In this document: positions 55,141 through 64,000 of the stretch, piece after piece
How positions within the stretch are numbered: position 1 is the first letter of the stretch
Layout: each line of letters begins with the position of its first letter
Origin: Octopus vulgaris
Lineage: Eukaryota
DNA: 64,000 bases
Reading direction: 5' to 3'
NCBI GenBank assembly: GCA_951406725.2
Contig: OX597818.1
Location: 8,246,001-8,310,000 of the forward strand
Translations under genes and position numbers: made by a program
Notes under the pieces: model-generated
What the model saw: the letters and a program-made list of their open reading frames with translations, nothing else
Told to the model about the DNA's origin: nothing
Databases searched by the model: none

Positions 55141-56469
55141 TATGTAATGCGTGTGTGTGCGTGTGTATATTGAAAATTGTAATGGCTACATTTTTATGAG
55201 TAATATGAATATAAATATTATATTGGTGATATTTTTGTTGGTGTCAAGCTGCAATGGAACGTAGAACCATGAACATCACGTTCTCACTCGAATTTAGTAT
55301 ATCTGTATTACTGAATCGAGAGAAACTTACAAAATGAGGTAATATATATATATATATATATATATCATATCTGTTATTAGGCTAGAATTCGCAGCATGAC
55401 TGAAAGAAAATGAATAATATTTAATACAAGTTTGGAGGTTTTCACTCTAATTTGCACGTCATGTCTTCCATACTTTATTTGTAATTATTCTATTGTAATA
55501 TTTTACATTTTTAAAGTTTTCGCAAAAGAAATCTGATACCTATATTTGATATCTATATTATCTTAGCACATATTTTTTCACAATGGCTGGCTTTGCTAGA
55601 CGTTATACAAAAAGTCGTCTCCAATATTGAATAGAATTTAATTATCAGCATTTTCACACACAAAACGTTGTTACTTTTTTCCATCTGTATTTCTGTCACT
55701 GACCTTTTCTGAAAGAACTAAAGTAATTATTCAAAAATATGTAGTCCAAAGAATGTTTAACCGTTTTGTTATAACATATGTGAGGAAATACACTAGTTAA
55801 GTGCCTAATTTTGTAAACAATAAATTCCACATAGGTATTTGATAAAACTGGCATTTGGAATTTAACAACACTTTTCTTACACGGAATACTGATCAAGTTG
55901 ATATTTTTATAAAATTGTAAAAACTGCATCTTCAAAAACGTGGTGCAGTAGGTTAGATTAATAATTCTAAATAGGTATATAATTCATCATGGAAAGGAAT
56001 TTGGTTTAAAAATGCTGATATTCCTCACACGTAAGGTATACATAGCCGGTGAAAATAATGTAAAACAATAGCATATACCCACAAGGAACATATCAGTGAA
56101 GAATGCAAATATATCTCCATGTGATCTAGTGCTAGCTTATTTGTAACCTCTGGAACGATTTGTGGTATATGCCTACTTTGATTTCGTTTCTCTTAGACTA
56201 AGGAACAGTCGTAAAATACAACATGCGAATTTTCATGTAACTAATTTGTTCCTGGATGTAACATGAGTGAAAAACGTAAGGGGTGTTCAATTATGATTCA
56301 AAATCCTTTGATCATACGTTTGATTAATTAATGAAGCCTGCTCCAAGCAATAGAAATGTGTGTGCTACAATATTCTGCCAAGCGTTCCCCTGAAGTTAGC
56401 AGATTACTAACTTCAGTACCAAGAGTATAACAGCCATATTATCTGTTGATTCTATTGAAATCATGCGCA

Positions 56470-56990
56470 TATTTTCACTTATCCCCTCACCACTATCCAC
56501 ACCGCCCTTGCCAGAGCACTTTCGATAGACTGTGCCTCTGCTCTCTCTCCCCGAACTCACCGCATTGTTACACGTTTCCCCTCACCTACCACTCCTCCAC
56601 CCTGCCTTTCCAACGCATCATTCTCCGAGCCTTCAGGCGACTCCAGTACGACCACTCCACTGCACCTATCTTCCTCAACCTACCCATCCCTTCCTTCAAA
56701 CGAGCCTACATCCTTCTGGTCCACAGTTTCTTCCCTAAGCCCAACTCCCAAACTATCTCGTTCGCCTGCTCCCGACCACGCTGCCTACCTCTCCCACACT
56801 ACCAACATCCCAGGCACCCATCATCGTCTCATTCATATCACTGACGTCATTTACTGCATCTCCTCTTCCTGTTCTTCTCTGAACATCGGTCAAACGAGAC
56901 GCCACTTGCCTGACCGGTTCGCGGAAGACCTCCCAGACATTAGACTCGGCAACGACACCCCGGTCTTGCGTCATTTGTGAAGTAAACTCG
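56470..56990 (+). pseudogene. Penelope-like element fragment (linker + GIY-YIG), different family
   Basis: LTYH..LPFQRIILRAFRRLQ..SFKRA..LVHS..CSRPRC, then IYCIS..CSSLNIGQTRRHLPDRFAE. Confidence 0.8.
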
Positions 56991-57508
56991 GTGACGGCAT
57001 TCAGCCCACTGCCTCAAAAATGTAACTGCTAGCTCTCATTGCGCACGCAACCGTGTACTGTCATCTGTTTTGCGCCGTAATATATGCTATTGTAAACATG
57101 CTAATGTCTTTTCTACTTCGGTAATATTTTAATCTAATATTCCAGTGATACATATTTACAGGTAAATATTACCATTCACCTTCGCTTATATCTTGCATTG
57201 TGAAATTTTGCCTCATAGCTTTTTACTTTCATGTCTATCTCCAACGCAATCATATATTATTATATGACTTCAGATTTTTCATTAAATTTCCTTTAAACGA
57301 CATTTTATTTTGCGTGTTATATTTATATAGACGAATTAAATGAAAAAAAAAACTGACAGTCAAGGGGACTATAAATTACTGGAACCAAACTAAAATATGT
57401 TATAGAAATTAGTGAATGAGACCCAAAAAGTTAAAGCTATCTACAATTTGTAATTATGTATTTTGCGAATCTGTAGACAGCCACATTCTCAGTCAGGGAC
57501 AGACAAGT

Positions 57509-57553
<45 letters not shown>

Positions 57554-57602
57554 TGTGTGTTTAGATGAATAAATAACTTAAATAAATCAGTACGTTAAAC
57601 AT

Positions 57603-57640
57603 AGGCGCAGGAGTGGCTGTGTGGTAAGTGGCTTGCTTAC
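57603..57640 (+). mobile_element. Second-family SINE, 5' piece, split by an insertion
   Basis: AGGCGCAGGAGTGGCTGTGTGGTAAGTGGCTTGCTTAC; continues at 59698. Confidence 0.85.
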
Positions 57641-59697
57641 TTCCGGTTAACCAGAATGCAACACTAGTTGGTCTGGACTGTTACAGTGAGAAGATGTGAG
57701 TTTCGGCTCCGTGAATAGAAAAAAGAACAAAAAGAAAACTTGTCATTTATGGCTCGCTATAGCGAGCAAAATACTGGGTTCTCATCACCGTAACGCTGAA
57801 TTAAGAATATTTGCTTGAAACTTCGTTTTGTAAATTCTAGTGGGCGTATCTCGCCAGAAAAATAAGAATAAGCCATTTGGATTACCTTTTTGGATTATCT
57901 TTTGGTAGTATTGTACAAAGGATTCCCTGTCTGTGCTATTTGTGATGTTTTTCTTTTATTTTTTTCCTTCTATTTATTCTTTCTTTCTAAATTTTGGTTC
58001 ATTATTTTCATTACTTTAATTTGAGTTTCCTCCCCTCTTTTATTTTGTTTTATTTTTATTTTGTTTAATTTGTTGGCAGACTGTCTTTTGAACTACTTTT
58101 GAACTGTTTTTTTTTGACATGGCAGAGAAAGAACTTAAAAAGAAAAACTCTGTCTTACAGTGGGAAATTAATCCGCCTAAGCAGTGGTTAAAAGATATGG
58201 AGGAGAAGACGATGGTACATAGAACTTATTCTAAAGTTCTTAATTACATCACCGTCTTCCCAAAACAAGTCATAAAAAATGAACTTAAAGAATATTTGTC
58301 CTCTTTAAAATATATATTCCGTGGTGTCAAACATGCAACCGCATGGTTGCTGTTTGACAACGGGGAAAAGGCTCGCCAGTTTGCAAGTCAGCCTTTAGAA
58401 GGTAAGGAAATTCTGTTTCTTCCGTCATATTGTGGAAGAAATTAATACGAGCCTGGGTATGTGGGTTACCCCCAGGCACCGAAGCGGATTGGAAACAAGA
58501 TACCATCCAACGGAGACTGGGGAAAGGCGGGCCCAGGCTCTTAAATGTAAGGGTATTGCCGGCGGTCGATTGGGAAGGGTCAAAAGCGATTTTGACCCTG
58601 TGGACCCCATCGGCCGCAACAGATCTGGTTTTTCCAGATTTCATGAAAATGGCTGGCTGCAGGTATCCGTGATACTTGAGGGACATCCTCGCAAGTGTCA
58701 CATTAAAAGTCCACATTAAAAGGAACTGCCCCCAGGACCATGGTATGGTCCTGGAACAGTCACTAGGTTCCACCTCCCCTACCCGCTCAAAGGGAGAGGT
58801 GGATGTAGTCGAGGAGGCTTCAGCCTCCTCAACTCAAAAAGCATTAAAAAGGAAGAAGGCGGGCAACAATAGTTGCCCGCCGAAGAAACCTAAGGCTTCA
58901 GGAGGCGGGAGAGGGTCTCCGAACAAAGCGGAAGAGCTCGACTCTCCCGAAGTCAGGAAGGAAACAAAAATAGAAGGAAGAAGAACGGGCCATCTCAGCG
59001 GGGAGATGATGTGCCGTCTTCATGTCCCGAAGTTGTGCCACCCACGGTGGAAGAAACCACCCGCACCCTTAAAGATGATCAATTAATTATCTTTTTCTAT
59101 AAGGGCGGGGAGGTAGAAAAATAGTAGAAGAACATAAAGAGACAGTAGATATGCCCTTCACACGGGATCCCGAATGGCCTCCACAGGGAGCTGTGGAGGT
59201 CATAAGTTTTCCCTTGTGGGAAAGGCTTAAAGGATTTGAGGAGGAGTGTCGCATATGGCCGGGTGGCCCTTACACGACTTGCATGTCCTACATGAGTGAG
59301 GCATGGGAAATGGCGGGATACAGGAACTCAAGCGGCATTGAAGATAATGATGAATATATCGATGGATATATCGAAGAGTAGGAGGTGAAAGACCCTCGTT
59401 ATAGGGTTTGAAACCTCATCTTATAGTATTATTTGTAGTGGTTTATAACCTCAATTGTGTGTTTAAAAAAAACATGTTAATTAAGAGGTTTTACTGCCTC
59501 CTTCTTGTAGGAGGTTTGAAACCTCATATGGATTTTTAAAAAAAGAAAATATGTTTTCGAGAAAAATCCAATCGGCGGGTGTTGGGTTTCGTCTCTCATT
59601 TATTCATTCTATTTCATTTTCATTCATTAATGTGTTTGTCCAGCCCACAAAGCTACACACTCTTTGTACTGTCTATGATGATAAATTTTATGAAATA
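57641..59697 (+). mobile_element. ORF1-only (HAL1-like) non-autonomous retroelement, ~2.06 kb
   Basis: 15-bp TSD AAGT(G/A)GCTTGCTTAC (57626-57640, 59698-59712); ~480-nt 5' UTR; one disrupted ORF; ends at AATAAA; no RT or endonuclease. Confidence 0.75.
58119..59381 (+). pseudogene. Gag/ORF1-like protein with damaged CCHC knuckle, basic linker and unassigned C-terminal domain
   Basis: Overlapping ORFs 58119-58445, 58430-58672, 58432-58719, 58676-59086 and 59151-59381 join through frameshifts; VILEGHPRKC-HI..HIKRNCP resembles CX2CX4HX4C; KRKK..PPKKPK basic patch. Confidence 0.65.
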
Positions 59698-59985
59698 AAG
59701 TAGCTTGCTTACCAACCACTGGTTCCAGGTTCAGTCCCACTGCGTTGCACCTTGGGCAAGTGCCTTCTACTATAGCCTCGAGCCAACCAAAGCCTTGTGA
59801 GTGGATTTGTTAGACGGAAGCCCGTCGTGTATATATATATATATTATGTATATGTTTGTGTGTCTGTGTTTGTCATCCCCCCCACCATCGCTTGTCAATA
59901 AGTCCTGTGGTCAATTTGCTCGACTAAAGGTGGTGCTCCAGCATAGCCTCACTCAAATGACTGAAACAAATAACAGAAATGAATA
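59698..59985 (+). mobile_element. Second-family SINE, 3' piece
   Basis: TAGCTTGCTTACCAACCAC..GGTTCAGTCCCACTGCG..CTTGGGCAAGTG..GGTGCTCCAGCATAGCC..ATGACTGAAAC. Confidence 0.85.
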
Positions 59986-62091
59986 ATGTAAATAAAGAAA
60001 GAAGCTAAATGAAAAGAAAATATATATAGATAGGGTCTAATTAGATAGGTGCAAGAAATATAAGTATAGTGTGTATGGAGTTGTAACTGTATAAAAGTTA
60101 AAGTGTTAAAAGAATTAAGAAGTAATTCATATGTAATAAGCTGGGTTCTAACTGTTTCTGTATTAAGTGCACCTCAATGAATTAAGCTGTTTTTTTTTAT
60201 ATCAAATCATGTTGCTCGTTGTTCGTGTTATGAAATTTCAGCATGAGATGGCGAGATGAGATACAACTCTGGGTTGAAAGATGATACAATTTTAATCTTA
60301 TCGTCTTACTAAATTCCATTTTTAGATTGGAAAATAAAGTGAGATAATTGGAAGTTTGTGTATATAGTAACAATGTTATAAGTATTCCATAATTAATGTC
60401 TTTAGGAACGAAATATCAGATAATACTGTCCTAGATACATCAGATATTTTGAAGTAGCTCTGGTTTTGTGCCGAATGACAACTACAATAACGACTCCATT
60501 TATGAAGTGATTTAAATAATGCATATATTTTCACTCTAACCAAATTTTCAAAATTTGAAAACACATAGAAAACAAATTAAAGGAAATACATTATGTTGCT
60601 GGAAAAAAAACAAAACGCTTTTATCTGACATTTTTCCTTTTTTTTTTTTTTGCGGGTTCATATAAATTATCTGCATCAAATAAATCACCTCAATGCAGAT
60701 AATCTTGAAAACGTCCAATAGAAACATTAACAAAAGCAGAGAGGTTTGACATTTTCTTTCTTGTGAAAGGTTTAGATGAGAAAATAATTATGCAAGTTAA
60801 AAGTTCTAAATACAATAAGTTTTATATCACAAAAGGCAAAAGGAATTGATTCTATCTATTCCTAGTAACTGCAACGCTTTGTTAAAAATTATATTTTCTT
60901 TCTTTATTTTTTTTTGCATTGTATGACTAAACGGGAAAATGAAAGAAAATATGTCTTGTAAAACTGGAGAGATTTTTCTATTTAAATATATATTTTAAAG
61001 CCACCTATAATTTCTTTTTCCATATACCTTTTCATATTTTTGATAAAATACGATATGTCTCTTGTCAAAGAAAGTTAAGTGAGATAGAGATAAATTTCTA
61101 AACCTTTGCAATATAGGAAATAATAAAGCTTGGATACATATTTTTTTCTCCTTTCGGGCAGTTTTCAAAATCCATTGTATTCGAAACATTGCTTGATAGT
61201 TACCTAGGTTCAGCATTGACGAATATCGGTTTTTAACACAATTACCTTTGTTTGTAGATATTCTCTGCAATTCAGAAGACGCTTGTAAAAGAACTGGAAA
61301 ATTGCAATATTAACTAGTGTTGACAGGCTAATTCTGCGAATGGATTTTAGCTGACAAGCTGAATGCTGTTTTGTGAAACAGTAATGTCAGGCATTCTCAA
61401 GAGGCCAGTTCTCCACATTCTCCTAGTTACTTACAATCACTGCTAGTGTTTCTTTAATACCAAGTTATCCAGGATTTTCCATAACAGCCACTGACATTCC
61501 TCAAATCTTACTAACAAGAAAATATATTGAGATCTGCTGAAGGCCGGTCTTGACAAGTTTTCTTATTGGCTGCTATCACAATAAAGTGTTTAGTCTCAGC
61601 AAAACCTCAAACTGAATTAAACTTATTTCTACTACTTTTAACTTGATTACCAAGTCGCAAACTGGTAGAAAGATATTTTCAGATTTATTTGTATTTACAG
61701 AAAAGTTGGAATGGCGAGTAAAATTCTTAATTCGATTTACTTTGATAATTGAAGTATGTCAGTGATACTTACACATTCAAAGGGAAAATGTCAACAATTT
61801 TTACAAATACTTTATTTCTACTTCTGTTTATTGCTTTTACGTATCATTCTTCCTTTCTATTTGTCATCCTATTCTAACGCCACGTCGTAAACTAAGTATT
61901 TACAGTAGGAAGGAAACGCAAAATCCATTCCAGAAATGATCAATTCTCAGATATGCTAACATTATACCTTCGATAGCAAAATGTCTAGTTGCTAATGTGA
62001 CAGATTGGGTATATCTATATATGTGTGACGTGCGTGCAAGTGTCTGAGAATGTGTATGTAAGTATGAGTCTCTTTCTATCTTTATATATAA

Positions 62092-62149
<58 letters not shown>

Positions 62150-62152
<3 letters not shown>

Positions 62153-62510
62153 GGCGCATGGCTAGGTGGTTAGAGCTTCGAAGTTACGATCGTGAGGTTG
62201 TGAGTCTGATTCCCGGGCCGGGTTGCCTGCCGTGCTCTTCAGCATGACACTTTGTTTCACGTTGCTCCTGTTACCTCAGCTGTAGAAATCAGATGCGACA
62301 TCGGTGGTGGCAAGCTCTATCGGCATTTGCCTTTCCCTTGGATAACATGGGTGGCGTAGTGAGGGGAGGATGGTATGCGCGGGCGACTGCTGGTCTTCAA
62401 TAAAATCAACCTCAGGTTGTGCGTTCGCCGATGAGGCGACTTTGCTCCCAGACTTGTACCCCGGAGGTGCACCTCCTACGTGCAACGATGGTCACTCGTG
62501 ACCGACGGAA
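62150..62510 (+). mobile_element. tRNA-derived SINE, third family
   Basis: GGCGCATGGCTAGGTGGTTAGAGC (A box), GAGTCTGATTCCC (degenerate B box), core GCATGACACTTTGTTTCACGTTGCTCC..CTCAGCTGTAGAAAT. Confidence 0.75.
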
Positions 62511-62529
62511 TCGAGTAGAGTAGCCTATA

Positions 62530-62987
<458 letters not shown>

Positions 62988-63002
62988 TACATATACACAC
63001 AA

Positions 63003-63500
63003 CTATATATCCATTTTAAAATTCACTGTCTGTGTGCCTGTTTGTGTGTTTGCGTGTTAGTGTGAATCTCCTCTATGCATGGTTAATTTCGCATGAAGGT
63101 TTTTTCATTACTCGAGGAAAGTTCTCGGGGTTCAAATTTTGGCCCTTGCCCACATAGGGGGCTGTAGCCGCACGTTCTTTACAACCCTTCCGATTTTTTT
63201 CCGCGTATTCCTAAGTTTTAGATGACGGAGATTCCGAATATGCTAATAAAACATGTTTTCGAAATTTTGAATTCTCCTCGCCCCACCAAATTTTAAATTT
63301 TTAGCTTATTTGCAAGTTTTATTTTTTGTTTCAATCTAGGGGGAAAACACGGAGAAAATAATTTTAATTCCAATTTTTCAATCAAGACATTTATCCACAC
63401 ACCCATCGCCATTCCACCCAGTTGTCTAACACTGAAAATGAACTGCTAAAAATAAAAGCTAACTGTATGAATTTTTCTGTTTGTGTGTGCGTACGCGCAA
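63003..63500 (+). mobile_element. Possible Helitron/Helentron-like non-autonomous element, 5' part
   Basis: Follows a TA run and opens with TAAAATTCACTGTCTGTGTG..., similar in layout to the start at 205; no 3' CTAG hairpin identified. Confidence 0.3.
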
Positions 63501-64000
63501 CAATTTCTACAGCTTATACGAATGAACAGAAAAAGTAAAGAGAAATATGTTTTATGTACCTGTCGTATACGTCCGTTTCAGTTTTTTTTCGTTTTAAAGG
63601 TAAACGATTCTGATAGAAGCAAACACTATTGAATAATTTACCGTCATAAGTCTTCGACACCCAATTTTTTTTAAAGTAAATTAAACGCTTTTTAATTGTA
63701 ATAATGAAACAAGGGAGGAAGTCCGTACCACCAAAATTAATTTCTCTCGCAAAAGAGACAGTGATATTTTCTCTATTTTTCTATATTTAATTAAAAGAAA
63801 AATATGTTGTTCACAAAAACGTTACAATTTTACTAATTCATCGATCAGTCACTGAACCAGGATTTTAATTTCATTTCATACACACTATGCTACCATTTGT
63901 ATGGAGAATTGCAAACATGGCATGTAAAGATAACTTATTTTAATAGAATTTTTATAAGTACATTTTCGTAAATGTTTTTCTTGTACCCCTCGCCCCCACA

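Noticed and set aside
59380-59530. CRISPR array (GTTTGAAAC-like repeats)
   Set aside because: Repeats are ~15 nt, degenerate and irregularly spaced, inside a eukaryotic retroelement 3' UTR; kept only as an RNA hairpin array.
61240-61600. Host exon after TTGTTTGTAG, or a LINE 3' remnant
   Set aside because: Early stop, no convincing donor site, and only a vague resemblance to a CR1 C-terminus.

Overview
AT-rich, microsatellite-dense eukaryotic DNA made almost entirely of transposable-element remains. The SINE and microsatellite repertoire looks like a coleoid cephalopod (Octopus-like) genome; this is an inference. No intact host gene can be supported, and most six-frame ORFs are microsatellite artefacts. 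The largest elements are two divergently oriented R4/Dong-type non-LTR retrotransposons (RT + CCHC + restriction-like endonuclease) sitting in (AAT)n tracts, plus three older remnants of the same clade. Also present are a 5'-truncated CR1/L2-type LINE, four Tc1/mariner relics, Penelope-like (GIY-YIG) fragments, a non-autonomous Helitron and several tRNA-derived SINE families. Three structures stand out. (1) A head-to-head pair of a tRNA-headed, (AAT)n-containing short element ending in a minimal type I hammerhead ribozyme; one copy hosts a Dong insertion and the other adjoins one. (2) A ~2.06 kb ORF1-only (HAL1-like) element with a 15-bp target-site duplication inside a SINE tRNA head and an array of GAGG/CCTC hairpins in its 3' UTR. 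(3) SINE concatemers with a precise recurring 184-nt unit whose junction maps to the loop of an anticodon-like arm. All calls were made by eye; no alignments or searches were run.
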